A stretch of 64,000 bases of DNA from Histomonas meleagridis 2922-C6/04-290x (Eukaryota; Protista; Parabasalia). Position 1 is the stretch's first letter, and every line of letters starts with the position of its first letter. The notes under the pieces were generated by a model, which had not been told where the DNA came from, did no database searches, and saw only the letters and a list, made by a program, of their open reading frames with translations. The DNA lies in the NCBI GenBank assembly GCA_020184695.1, contig JAANOX010000216.1, positions 1-64,000 on the forward strand. The letters are read 5' to 3'. This document shows positions 45,791 through 57,058 of this stretch, piece by piece. The translations under genes were made by a program, and so were the position numbers.

Positions 45791-48293
45791 TCAATGTCGT
45801 CTTCTTCCATTTGGATTATGTCGATGCGTTCTCTTGTGCCAACTCATTTGTCTTTCGGCGTTTTCATTTCTTCGCATGAAGTAACCTTTCGACTTAAAAT
45901 TACTTCTTTCTCCTTCTTCACTTTCACTACTGTAATATGATCGATCGCTTTCGTTATCATTTCTCGCTTCGTTTTTGCTTTCGTTTGTTTCGCCCAATAT
46001 GCTTTTGTCTTCATAAATGTCCGAATCGGAGCTGAATCGGTCATCGTCGGGTGTGATCGCCGGCGGCATTTTGATTTCTTTATTCGATTCATTCTTACGT
46101 CGATAATATGTTTCGTCGGTTGAATTACTTTCACTGTCGGATCTTGTTTTCCTTTTGCCGTAATATCGGTCGCTGTATTCGCTTGTTGAATAACTTTCGC
46201 TGTCGGAGCTGTAGTCAGCGTCTCTATGATATCTGCTCCTGCCGTATGAAGTCGTTCGATGACGTTTTCCGTGGTCTTCGGCGCGGTCATATTTGGGCCT
46301 GATGCTGCGCTTTTCATATCGGTCGCTTGGACGCCTATGATATGATCTGCCGTCGTCTGAATCGTCGTTGCGATCATGTGACGGACGGCGGAAAGTTCTA
46401 TCGTTGTCATATGGCTGCACGCGATATCTGTCATATGAATTGCGGTAACTTCTGTCATCATCATAAGTATCGTTGCGATCACGCAATTGCTTGCGATAGC
46501 TTCGATCATCATCATAAGTATCATTGCGATCATTTGATGGCCTACGACGCGATCTGTTTTCGTATGTTTCATTTCTATTGTGTGATGGCTTGCGGTAACT
46601 TCTGTCATCATCATACGTTTCTTCTCTATCATACGATTGTTTGCGGTAACTTCTGTCATCATCATAATCATCATCTCTATCATACGATTGTTTGCGGTAA
46701 CTTTCGTTTCTATCATATTTTGGTTTAAGGTAACTTCTGTCATCATCATAATCATCATCTCTACCATATGTTGGCTTGCGGTAACTTTCGTTTCTGTCAT
46801 ACAATGGTTTGCGATAGTTTTCGTTTCTTTCATACTTTGGCTTGCGATAACTTCGATCATCTTCGTCATATGACTTTCTGCGGTATGCTTTATCTCTGTC
46901 ATAATCAGAGCCGGAGTCGGAGTAATAACCATCTGATTCTGAGTTCGTTTTCCTTCGATATCTTCTATCATATGAATTATCTTTTTCCTTATTTTCGTAT
47001 TCGAATTTTCGTTTCTGTCTTCTTGTGTCCATTTGATCTTTGTCGTACTCAGAAGAACTATCATATTCGTAACCTGTTTTCATTTCGTAATGTTTGTCTT
47101 TATTTTTGGATTCGTATTTTTGATTTTGTTCGCTTACATTTGGTTCATCTTCTTTGTGATTGTAATCAAATTCGAATTTATTTATTTCATTTTCTTCTTC
47201 ATGTTTAACTTCATCTTCGTTATGTTCTGTTTGTATTTCATTTTGTTGAATTATTTCTTTTCTTTCATTAACTTCAATTTGCATTTCGTTTTGTGTTTGA
47301 GGTGTTAATGTGTTTTCATTAACTTGTGGCTTAACTTCAATTTGTATTTCGTTTTGCGTTTGTGGTATTAATGTGTTACTCATTTGCAAATTAGTAATTG
47401 GCAACTCATTTTGTTGCGCTATCTTCTCGGTTCTATGGTGCGCCCTCTTTGACGATTTATGTCTATGCGATTTCGAATGCGGATTTTCGCTTCCGTTATT
47501 TTCTGAATCTGATTTATGCTTTCGTGATTTTTTGTGATGATGTCTATGATGCTTATGACTACTGTGAGGCTTATGATGCTTATGACTACTGTGATGCTTG
47601 TGGTGTCTGTGAGAATGCTTTTCTTGACTTCGATACTGATACCAAACTGGCTGATAATTATTATTATGATTTTCATCAGTTGTTGTAGGCGTGGTTTCTA
47701 TTGGCATGGGAGCTGGCTCTTGTTCTGGTTGTTCGGTTCTCGCAGGTGGAGGCGATGGTATGTTTGGTTGATCGCCTATATCAGAATATGTGGAATAATC
47801 TGTGTCAGATGAAGAGTCACTGGATACTTCATCGAGTTTTGATTTAATGGCTGCAGCTTGACGCATCTTTTCTTGAATGGATCTTTTGGATTCTTCCAAA
47901 ATTCTTGTTGGTATTCCAATTCCATTTGTTTTAGCATCAATAAGCAAATCCCAAAGAGCTGTTACAAATTCAGTAGTATGTTCCTTTAGATCTTCCCGTA
48001 AAGAAAGACCAAATTCTTGTGAATTAATTTCTTTCCCTTGAATGAAACCAAGTACAATTTGTGGGAGAAAATCATCATCAGTATATTTTTGAAGCTCCTT
48101 AGTAATCCAGGGTTCAAAAGCTTCTGCATTTATATTTTCAAGATTTAATGTTTCTGTTACACTTGGAGGATAATCAATGTGATCATCAATGTGAGCGTTT
48201 TTAAAGCGTGGGTCGCGCTGCGCTGTAATTCCGTGATAAAATTTAACTCTTGACAATTTGTTGAAGAAAGAAAGTTTAAAATTTTTTTTTCAT
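45791..48293 (-). CDS. PWI-domain splicing coactivator, SRRM1/SRm160-like
   Basis: FYHGITAQRDPRFKN...FEPWITKEL...FVTALWDLL...GIGIP PWI domain, then His/Lys-rich and R/D/S/Y-rich low-complexity regions. The only nearby ATG (48293) is 1 nt out of frame across a 9-T run. Confidence 0.75.
46380..46860 (-). repeat. Coding imperfect repeats (YDDDRSYRK-type)
   Basis: Recurrent DRNDTYDDDRSYRK / RDDDYDDDRSY motifs within the PWI gene. Confidence 0.7.
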
Positions 48294-48308
48294 ACTTTTT
48301 TCAAAAGA

Positions 48309-48316
48309 AAACGGTC
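48309..48316 (-). promoter_or_regulatory. M3-type motif GACCGTTT
   Basis: Lies 16 nt before ATG 48293 of the PWI gene. Confidence 0.45.
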
Positions 48317-49021
48317 CCCACCATGTAAAAATTGACAGGCAGATTACCTCACTTGTCATTGTAAACCATACATTAGAATAAACGGCCATATACTTATAAA
48401 AAAAATTGATTTTAGAAGCAGATAGAAATGGTATTAATCATAAATAAAATAGAACAAAGATGTGCTTTTTAGTTTTTATTAAAATATTAAACAACATCAA
48501 AGTGTATAACTTTTGGTTTAAATTTTATTTTAAGGATTGAAGAATTGGAGTTCTTATGTTTATCTAGAAAATAGCATTTATATAAACTTGATTAAGTTAT
48601 CAGCTCAAACTTGATGAATATGGATTTTTTAAATCAGTTAGATGTGTAGAAATTAGAAAGGTGAAAAGAAGGTTTGAAGTTGATGAAGTTATCAGATTTT
48701 AGTCATATGTAAAATGGTGATTATTTGGGCATGAAAAAATATAAATATCATTCATTTACATAAATATGGGAAATACAATAATGATGAAAAACTAAAAATT
48801 ATCCAAAAATGTTTTAGTTCATTACTAATGTTCCATGGGTATCATAGGAAAAAAAGCTTATGGGTTATTAAGAAAAACCAAAGAAAACAAAAATACAAGT
48901 AAAAATGATTTGGATATGCACATGTTATAATAAAGAATGAGGTAATTGATGAAAAAAGTGTCTGATCATCACACCACTTTTAATATAAAATATTGAAAAA
49001 CAACAAGTAAAAATTTAACTT

Positions 49022-49612
49022 TTAGCAGCATGCTCCCCCATTTATTTCGTTGCTAGGCTTCACAGTTGTTACATTGTTGTCATTGTTCCTTGAATTTATC
49101 TTCTTCTCTAAAGCAATTTTTGCAAGATACATAAATGCGTCTTCAATTCCCGAATTCTCTTTGGCAGATGTTTGGAAGTATGCAATTCCGTAGCTGTCTG
49201 CTAATTCTTTTGCCTCTTGTGGTGTTACGGCATTTTCAAGATCAGCTTTATTTCCAACCAAAATCATATCTATAGGGTCTGATGAAGCTTCCTTAATTGA
49301 GTCAATCCACATTCTTGTTTGATTGAATGTATCTCTTCTAGACAAATCAAAAACGACAAGAATTCCATGAGCTCCACGATAATAAGCTTTAGTAATTGAC
49401 CTGAATTTTTCTTGTCCTGCTGTATCCCATATCTGGAGTTTTACGTCTTTATCATCAACTTTGATATGTTTTGTTTTAAAATCAACACCTATTGTTGTCA
49501 TGAATGATTCCTGAAATTTTCCATCAGTATACCTAAGGAGCAGGCAGCTTTTCCCGACAGCACTTTCTCCAATTAAGAGGATTTTAAGCAATTGTTCGCT
49601 TGTTGCAGCCAT
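49022..49612 (-). CDS. Rab GTPase (Rab1/Rab8/Sec4 group)
   Basis: GESAVGKS, TIGVDF, WDTAGQEKF, GNKAD, TSAK and a C-terminal CC prenylation motif. Confidence 0.93.
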   Translation of the reverse strand: MAATSEQLLKILLIGESAVGKSCLLLRYTDGKFQESFMTTIGVDFKTKHIKVDDKDVKLQIWDTAGQEKFRSITKAYYRGAHGILVVFDLSRRDTFNQTRMWIDSIKEASSDPIDMILVGNKADLENAVTPQEAKELADSYGIAYFQTSAKENSGIEDAFMYLAKIALEKKINSRNNDNNVTTVKPSNEINGGACC

Positions 49613-49963
49613 AAAAGTGACCCAAAATTCAGTTTTTGAATTAAAATTAAAATAATTGAAAAAGTGTTGTTTCCATTAACGTTCGCCATAAAATCTCAAT
49701 GATTTGATCGAAAAAGGATTATAAATCTTGAACAAATAAATGTAAACGATATTGTATTTTATTTTTCAGTGAAATAGATGTATTTGTTATTAACATTCTT
49801 GATTTTTATTAAAAGGAAAAGTTAAAAACATAATTTTAATGATTTTTCAACAAAAATTAATTGCTGCCCTTTTTTTTAAAAAAAAATTTTACTTAAAAAA
49901 AGTCCGTTTATTTACAACAATATAAAAAATATGTTATTCGTTCGATGAATTTAAAGAAAAAAC

Positions 49964-50626
49964 TTATTTGCTTGAATTAAGAATTTCAATTTCATCTTCA
50001 GCAATCTGTATGTTCTTTTTTAAGGCTTCGATTTTCCCTTGTAATGATTGAACATGAGTTCGTAAGGTGATGATTTGTGGTGCATCTGCTGACTTTTCTT
50101 CTGTTTTTGGTGTGATTGGTTCATCAAGCATTACAAAGAGGTTACTAAGATCGTTATCTATATTTCTATAGTCTTCAAATAACTCCGATTTTTGACGTAT
50201 GTATGCTTCCAAATCTTTTATTTCTTTCTGTTTGATATTGATTTGATTTTGCATTTCTTGAGATTGTTGTTTTGCTCTTTCATTCTCTCTTTCAACTACT
50301 TCTACCTCTGTTTTTAATTCGTCTACTTTTTTTTCGAGGGCCATTAATCGTTGTAATGCTTGAATTTCAGATGGAGAAGTTTCACGTTCTTTTTGAAGAT
50401 CATTCAATGCTTTTTCAACAAGAGATCCAAAAATTTGATCCGAGTCTGCAATTTTTTTTAGCATTTCAATAAAAATATTAATTCTTTCTTCACTTCCCAT
50501 TCTTGAATTCCTTGCTCTTTCACGAAGATTCCTTTCGAGCCATAGCTCTAATTTCACTTGTGGTGCTTTATCCTTTGAATATATATCACGAGAATTTGCA
50601 TTTGTTTTTAAAGCACTCGAATTCAT
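49964..50626 (-). CDS. Coiled-coil protein
   Basis: First ATG at 50626 (track start is GTG); heptad-rich C-terminal half. Confidence 0.55.
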   Translation of the reverse strand: MNSSALKTNANSRDIYSKDKAPQVKLELWLERNLRERARNSRMGSEERINIFIEMLKKIADSDQIFGSLVEKALNDLQKERETSPSEIQALQRLMALEKKVDELKTEVEVVERENERAKQQSQEMQNQINIKQKEIKDLEAYIRQKSELFEDYRNIDNDLSNLFVMLDEPITPKTEEKSADAPQIITLRTHVQSLQGKIEALKKNIQIAEDEIEILNSSK

Positions 50627-51650
50627 GTGGACGTTTACATCGAAAAGTGACAATTTCACGAAAAAAACCCTTAAACTCGGCAGGAGGAGTTTTATGGCAA
50701 AAAAATAGAGAGGTTGCAGAAGGCTATGTTATATATAAAATGGATAAGAAAATTGAATTTTTTTCAAATTTGGGGGTTTTGACTTCATGATATTTGGACA
50801 AATGTTTCTTGAATTCCTAGGTAGCAATATGCTATTAGTGTTTTTTTTTACAAAATTCCTTAAATAATTTTTTATGAAGAATTTTCTTTTTGAAACGAAT
50901 TTTTAATTTTTCTCAAAATTAGTCAAAAGAATTTCTTAGATATCCGAGAGCCTTAGATATTCTCATAACTGTACTCCACAACATGAACCATATAAATTTT
51001 TATTTGTCCAATTTTTTAATCATGGAGCTTTCCTTTGAACCATGTTGGTAAAACGATTAAATTCTTCACAAATGTAAAAATTGTTTTTTTAGGATTCAAA
51101 TGAACTCAACAAATCGATGCAGACTTTTTTTTTTTGAATCTATATCATAAACATTATCAAAAAGATAAGTAGTGTTCATAATATCAATCAAGAAAACAAT
51201 AATTTTCTTCAAAATAACGAGCCGAATTAACGATCAAAAATGATTTAATACCCATAAAAATTAAAATTTAAATTTTTAAAAACTCCACGAACAAATTGTG
51301 CTTATCCTTCAATATAGAAATATAAATGCTGATTTTTTGATTATTTTGATCTTAAAACTTTCTTCACAATTTTTAAATTTTTGATTCCCAAGCACCCAAA
51401 AATCCCCATTTTATGACAACGGTTGTTTATTTTACAACCATTCAATCCATCAAAAGCAAATTTGTGCAAATCGTTCGAAAATTGAGTAAATTGAATTCAT
51501 GTTTTTGAGTTTATTGTTCGTTGGGAATCTGTCAATTTCTGCCGCTAGAAAGTGAAACCAATATTCAAAAAAAAAAGAGCATTTCGATGGAATTTTGAAA
51601 CGATATTTTAGGATTCAATTTATCGTTCTGACTTACCAATTATCATTTTT

Positions 51651-53465
51651 ATGTTTTTGGTGAATCATTTTGTTGCCATCGTTTCTTTTATATATTTCAT
51701 ACATGAATTTAGAGCTTCACATACTAATGTCAGTTCAAACATCAATAAAATCTTATATCTACACACCATTAAAAAAGATTATAATAAAATTGGAAAAGAA
51801 TCACATATTTCAAGATTTCCAACATATGTTGGATGTAGTTCTTATTGTGATTTTTCATTTTGGAAAATGCATTTTTATGATAAATCTTATAATGATTATA
51901 CTTACTTATGTTTTCATACCAATGACATTAATAAATTCAAGAAGAATATAGCAGCAAATAATTATTCTTCCATTATAACATTCATAATCTTAGCATTAGC
52001 TTCAGCAGAAATTTTGTTCGAATCAAAGGAGAAAAAACTCAAAAACTTATTGAATGATTTGAAAATGCCAAATTTATTATTTCACATATTTTTCATAAAT
52101 TCATTTCAAAGTTTTGAATCAGGCACACTCACAATTAATTCTGATGATGATTTCCTCGAAGATTATAGCCAATTTATGTATTCAACATATCATGTTGTTA
52201 TCGGAAATGGAGTAACACAAATTCCAGATGCAGAATTCGCAAATTGGAATATAAACACAGCTTATATTGGTGATTCAGTTACGAGAATTGGTGTTATTGC
52301 TTTTCAATCATGCAGTTATCTGCATTCAATATACATCGGGAAGAGTGTTACAAAAATTTATGCAGCATCCTTTTCGGGTGTTTCAAATCTAAAATGCATA
52401 TTTTTTAGTGGTGTGAAAGAGCCAACAATATCGCAATATCGGTGGTTCACAACTGCTTTTGATGATTATTTAGAAATGATAGTAATGGTTCCTTCAAATT
52501 ATGAAGGAAATAGTTTTGATATTTTTGATGTTACCAAAGGAATAATTCTTGATGAGTGTCGCGATTTGGGATGGGAAATTCCAACTGTTACTCCAACAAA
52601 TACGTTTACCAAATCAAATGCATTTACCAAGTCAAATACTTTCACTAAATCAAATTCATTTAGTATATCAAATACATTCACTAAATCAAATTCATTTACT
52701 AAGTCAAATACATTCACTAAATCAAATTCATTTACCAAGTCAAATACATTCACTAAATCAAGTGCATTTACCAAATCAAATACATTCACTAAATCAAATG
52801 CATTTACTAAATCAAATACATTCACTAAATCAAATGCATTTACTAAATCAAATGCATTTACTAAATCAAATACTTTTACCAAGTCAAATACATTCACTAA
52901 ATCAAGTTCATTCACTAAATCAAGTTCATTCACTAAGTCAAATGCATTCACTAAGTCGAATACTTTTTTTCAGTCAAATGCAATTTCAGATTTCACTTTC
53001 ACATTTTCATATATTTTAACTCATTCACTACGAATTACAGAAACATTTTCATTCACATTAATCATTTCGAATTCATTTGTAGTTACGATGTACAATTCGA
53101 GTTATTTCTATACATTAACCAAATTTTTAAATTACAATTATACAATAATTAAATATTCTCAATACTTAACTATTATTTCCAATTACTTTACTATTTATCA
53201 ACAAAATTACAAAACAAATAATCAGAAAAATGACACAATAATCATTGTAATTGTTGTAATAATAATTGTTGTAATTATTTTGGTTATAATTTCAATTTTC
53301 TTGATAAGGAGAATAAAAATCACAAAACAAATAACATCAGAAGTTATTACCGAAGAAGAAAATAATTCAACAAATGAAATCACAACAATTATGTCAATGG
53401 ACAATACCGAAATTGATCCATTTGCAAAAGATTTCGCTGAAGATAATCGACTAAATCACTTATAG
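51651..53465 (+). CDS. BspA-like (TpLRR/LRR_5) type-I surface protein with repeat stalk, TM helix and DPF-containing tail
   Basis: VVIGNGVTQIP..., YIGDSVTRIGVIAFQSCSYLHSIYIGKSVTKI TpLRR units, an (FTKSN[T/A/S])n stalk, an IIIVIVVIIIVVIILVIISIFLI TM helix, and the tail IDPFAKDFAED. Confidence 0.8.
   Translation: MFLVNHFVAIVSFIYFIHEFRASHTNVSSNINKILYLHTIKKDYNKIGKESHISRFPTYVGCSSYCDFSFWKMHFYDKSYNDYTYLCFHTNDINKFKKNIAANNYSSIITFIILALASAEILFESKEKKLKNLLNDLKMPNLLFHIFFINSFQSFESGTLTINSDDDFLEDYSQFMYSTYHVVIGNGVTQIPDAEFANWNINTAYIGDSVTRIGVIAFQSCSYLHSIYIGKSVTKIYAASFSGVSNLKCIFFSGVKEPTISQYRWFTTAFDDYLEMIVMVPSNYEGNSFDIFDVTKGIILDECRDLGWEIPTVTPTNTFTKSNAFTKSNTFTKSNSFSISNTFTKSNSFTKSNTFTKSNSFTKSNTFTKSSAFTKSNTFTKSNAFTKSNTFTKSNAFTKSNAFTKSNTFTKSNTFTKSSSFTKSSSFTKSNAFTKSNTFFQSNAISDFTFTFSYILTHSLRITETFSFTLIISNSFVVTMYNSSYFYTLTKFLNYNYTIIKYSQYLTIISNYFTIYQQNYKTNNQKNDTIIIVIVVIIIVVIILVIISIFLIRRIKITKQITSEVITEEENNSTNEITTIMSMDNTEIDPFAKDFAEDNRLNHL
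52603..52975 (+). repeat. 18-bp coding minisatellite (FTKSNx, about 20 copies)
   Basis: Repeated TT(T/C)AC(T/C)AA(A/G)TCAA(A/G)T(A/G/T)CA. Confidence 0.92.
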
Positions 53466-53471
53466 AATAGA

Positions 53472-53659
53472 ACTGTTATAACTTTACGCAGTTACATATT
53501 TATGTGAATACGTTTATACACAAAAAAATTATTCATAAAATGTTTACATATTATTATGCTAAAACTGTTATAACTTTACGCAGTTACATATGAATGTGAA
53601 TACGTTTATAACCAAAAAAATTATTCATAAAATGTTTACATATTATTATGCTAAAACTG
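53472..53659. repeat. 92-bp tandem duplication
   Basis: actgttataactttacgcagttacata...attattatgctaaa occurs at 53472 and 53564. Confidence 0.9.
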
Positions 53660-54886
53660 CTGGTATGGCATTAACGTTGCCATCAACTTATTTAATTCCT
53701 TATTTCTCTTCGGAGAAATTGCAGCGTCGAACATGCTCGCGAATTCTCCTTTTTCTTTTTCGGAGAATGGAACCGAAGAATAAAATTCAGTTGTTTGTGT
53801 CTTCAGACAAAATGTTAAATCGTTTGAATTTTGCATTATAATTTCATTTACGTTTTGCCCACTTTCGAATATGTCGTGCGCAAATATGATATTACTTTCC
53901 ATTGATGATGACATATATTTTTCATTTGACCTTAAATAACATAAAGCGTTATCATAGATTGCTGTGTTCGCTTCAAGTGATGGCTCTGGATATTGTTGGA
54001 ATTGTTGATTCATGTTCTCAAATGATGGACGTAACGCTTCTTTAATTTTCTTCTTTTCTTCTTTCGTTAAGTCAGGTGAAGTTAACACATAAAAAGTGAC
54101 ATCGGGCCCTTCAAATTTTAAGAGTAAAGTTTTGATAATTTCATCGTTTGGAATATTTGAATTGCATTTGGGAAAATTACAAATGGCACTTTTTTGCTTG
54201 GGATTCATGTAAACGATAGCGCGGTTTTTGACAAATGGAGCAAAAACAAAAAAGGAAGCAAACTCAGGGGAAATGTGTGAGATAAATAACTTGTTTTGAA
54301 CATGGCAGGAGATGCCCCATATGTTTGGATTTGAGTTTATAATTGTGAATTCGGTAATGGCTGTCATGACTATTGAACGATTCCAATTACCACTGAGAAT
54401 TTGTGGGAAGGTAAAGTTAATAGGGGTTAAGCAAAAAATTTGATCACATAATTTTTTGCCTTTATCCTTTAAATAGTTTTCGAGTTGTTCACTACATTGG
54501 ATTCCTGGGCCAAGTGAAAAAAGTGAAATATCGACAATCCTATCAAGAGCTCTTAAAACAGCAGCTCCAGTATAACTTGCTGGCATTCTTAATACGAAAA
54601 ATAAAAGGTTTTCTCCATTGAACGGTATTGTTCTGATGGCAGCATTTGTCTGTTTGTATGCAATTACATTTACTCCATCACCTTCAAATGTTACTGTCAT
54701 AAATGTGTAAAGAGAAACAACTGAACTGAGAAAATTTTCTGTGGTTTCATCTGAAATATTCGGAGGATAACGATATTTTACGGAGTCCAATAGGTTGCCT
54801 TCTTCTTCTCCTTTCGCACCTTTTTTTGCTGGCTTATGAATGAAAACATAAAAAGAGCAACTTTGGTTTGCCCCGGAAAATAGCAT
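53651..54886 (-). CDS. Longin-domain protein, CCZ1/HPS4/INTU-like
   Basis: SFYVFIHKP...EEEGNLLDSVKYRYPPNISDETTENFLSSVVSLYTFMTVTF resembles the first CCZ1 longin domain. First ATG at 54886. Confidence 0.5.
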   Translation of the reverse strand: MLFSGANQSCSFYVFIHKPAKKGAKGEEEGNLLDSVKYRYPPNISDETTENFLSSVVSLYTFMTVTFEGDGVNVIAYKQTNAAIRTIPFNGENLLFFVLRMPASYTGAAVLRALDRIVDISLFSLGPGIQCSEQLENYLKDKGKKLCDQIFCLTPINFTFPQILSGNWNRSIVMTAITEFTIINSNPNIWGISCHVQNKLFISHISPEFASFFVFAPFVKNRAIVYMNPKQKSAICNFPKCNSNIPNDEIIKTLLLKFEGPDVTFYVLTSPDLTKEEKKKIKEALRPSFENMNQQFQQYPEPSLEANTAIYDNALCYLRSNEKYMSSSMESNIIFAHDIFESGQNVNEIIMQNSNDLTFCLKTQTTEFYSSVPFSEKEKGEFASMFDAAISPKRNKELNKLMATLMPYQQF

Positions 54887-55041
54887 TTTACAAACGATAA
54901 GAAATTCCAATGCATTTTGATCGTCACTGAACCACCTTTCCCTAGGGTACCCCAAATGTGTTGAACACTTTTTGCTTGGAATACTTGTGTCACTTTTGGA
55001 TCAGCCTGCCCCAGAAACATTCAAAACTTTACATTCATTAA

Positions 55042-56706
55042 ATGGGGGTACCAGGACTATGGAGAATACTCGACATGGCTTCCCAACCCTTTAATTTCGA
55101 ACAACATTCTGGAATACGAATTGCCGTAGATATATATCCTTATTTAAACAGATTACTTCATAGTTCAAATTCATCAAAATGGCTTTTTTATTTAATGAAA
55201 AGCATTTTCAAAATATGTCATTTCAATATTAAACTCATCATAGTGTTCCAAGGTAAAAAGCCAGCCGAAAAGATGTACAGTACTTCTCTTGGTACCGAAT
55301 CAGATTTATTAGATTACACTCGAGTTCGATCTGCTCTACTTCGGTCTAAGCCACAAAACACAGACGTTGTAGAACCAAAGAAAACGAATGAACAAATATC
55401 ACTTTTACCAATACCAAATCAATTTTCATCAAATTCACCATCGAAAATCATCCAAATCCAAAATCCAGATGACCCATTGCTATTCTCAATGGAGCAACTT
55501 CAAAATATGTCTAAAACAAAATTAATTGTCAGTAAAACCCCAAATATTATACATTCAAATGCAACAAATCCTATTTTTTTCCACGAAAATCCAAAGCCGC
55601 CGTCCACCAATTCCTCTCCAAACAAGAAGAAGTCCGAAATTAAGTTAGCTCAACCTGTTGAACAAGATTTCGAATATCATTCCAAAATTCTCGAGGGAAT
55701 CGATGATATCATCAACGAAGACGACATTGATCCTGACGAAGAACCCGGAAGCAGTCATTCCCATATACCAATATCACTTTTACCTGCCGATAATCCTTTT
55801 TTACCACCAATTGAAAATTATGTTACCGCAGATCATGTTCGAATGTCAATACATCTCTTTGAATTGCTTAACATTCCTTATGTTATGGCACCAGAAGAAG
55901 CATGCGCTGAATGTGTCCGATTAGAAATGGAAAATATTGTCGACGCTGTTGGTAGTGATGATAATAATTCTGTTTTGTTTGGTTCTAAATGGTTAATTCG
56001 AGGTCTATTTACAAGTCCTCAATCGATTACGTTAAAATCTTTGGATGATATTGGATTGACTCGGGAAAGATTATTAAATTTGGCCATGATGATTGATGGC
56101 GATTATAACTATGACATTAGAAGAAGATTGTTTACTGTTGGCCCTGTTCGTGGTATTGAAATTTTATCCCAATTTCCAAATAAGGAAAAAGGTTTAATTG
56201 AATTTAAAGAATGGTGGCTAAGAATAATAAAATACAAAGGACAAGAAGAAGATGATGATAAGAAAAAGCTGGCCAAGAAAAAATGGATTCGAAGGCTCGC
56301 AATGCCAACCGATTTTCCCCCTTCAAATTTGATGCAAGCATTCAAAAAGCCGGTCGTTGGCACTGAAAAAGTGGCGACAACAAAGTTGACCGTTAAGAAG
56401 GATGAATTGATTAAATATGTAAGTCAAAACTCAATGACATCGCCAAATACAATAGAAGAATATGTTAACGCTTTCATAAAAAGAATTGGAAGCTTTGATG
56501 GGAATGCTAAATTGATTGGATTCTCAAAAAATAGTTTGGCGATTCCAGAAAAGTTTGAAGTGTTTTTGGATAAAATCAAAGAATACGACAAAGAAAATAA
56601 AACTGTTGATAGCAGTAATGGTCAGGAGTTTTTGGATGATGATGATTCAAGTACATTGTCAACGGAAGAAGAATCCGAAAAAGATTCAATTGAAGAATCA
56701 CAATAA
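55042..56706 (+). CDS. XPG/Rad2 (FEN1 superfamily) nuclease-like protein with substituted active-site residues
   Basis: MGVPGLW, RIAVDIY, LIIVFQG (N domain); IPYVMAPEEACAEC, VGSDDNNSVLFG, IDGDY, VGPVRGIEIL (I domain and H3TH). Confidence 0.85.
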   Translation: MGVPGLWRILDMASQPFNFEQHSGIRIAVDIYPYLNRLLHSSNSSKWLFYLMKSIFKICHFNIKLIIVFQGKKPAEKMYSTSLGTESDLLDYTRVRSALLRSKPQNTDVVEPKKTNEQISLLPIPNQFSSNSPSKIIQIQNPDDPLLFSMEQLQNMSKTKLIVSKTPNIIHSNATNPIFFHENPKPPSTNSSPNKKKSEIKLAQPVEQDFEYHSKILEGIDDIINEDDIDPDEEPGSSHSHIPISLLPADNPFLPPIENYVTADHVRMSIHLFELLNIPYVMAPEEACAECVRLEMENIVDAVGSDDNNSVLFGSKWLIRGLFTSPQSITLKSLDDIGLTRERLLNLAMMIDGDYNYDIRRRLFTVGPVRGIEILSQFPNKEKGLIEFKEWWLRIIKYKGQEEDDDKKKLAKKKWIRRLAMPTDFPPSNLMQAFKKPVVGTEKVATTKLTVKKDELIKYVSQNSMTSPNTIEEYVNAFIKRIGSFDGNAKLIGFSKNSLAIPEKFEVFLDKIKEYDKENKTVDSSNGQEFLDDDDSSTLSTEEESEKDSIEESQ

Positions 56707-57058
56707 ATAAAATGTATGTATAAGCATTAATGGTCATGTCGAACAATTTTAACTTTTGTTAGATTTGTAGAAAGAATCGAATTGTGAATGTTGTATGAAA
56801 ACATGAAAAGGAAATTCTTTTGTTTTAAATTTCCAAAAGTGAATTTTTCTTACCAACATATGAATGTGGGCTAACATAGATAAGAAGGGAAGGTTTTAAA
56901 TATGCTTTTTAATAATGAGTTCAATCGATTCTGAATAATTTCTCATAAAATTCATAAATTAACTTTTATATACAATTGGGGCATTTTTTTGTCACTCGTT
57001 CTCTTTTTTTGTGATTCTTTCTAATCGTTTGGAGCACCCTGCACATTTTGTTTGACAA

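Noticed and set aside
45844-47812. Long overlapping ORFs in and around the PWI gene
   Set aside because: They are by-products of low-complexity coding repeats, with no independent domain signal.
52499-53019. Antisense and alternative-frame ORFs (NAFDLV and LNQIHS repeats)
   Set aside because: These are shadows of the 18-bp coding minisatellite.
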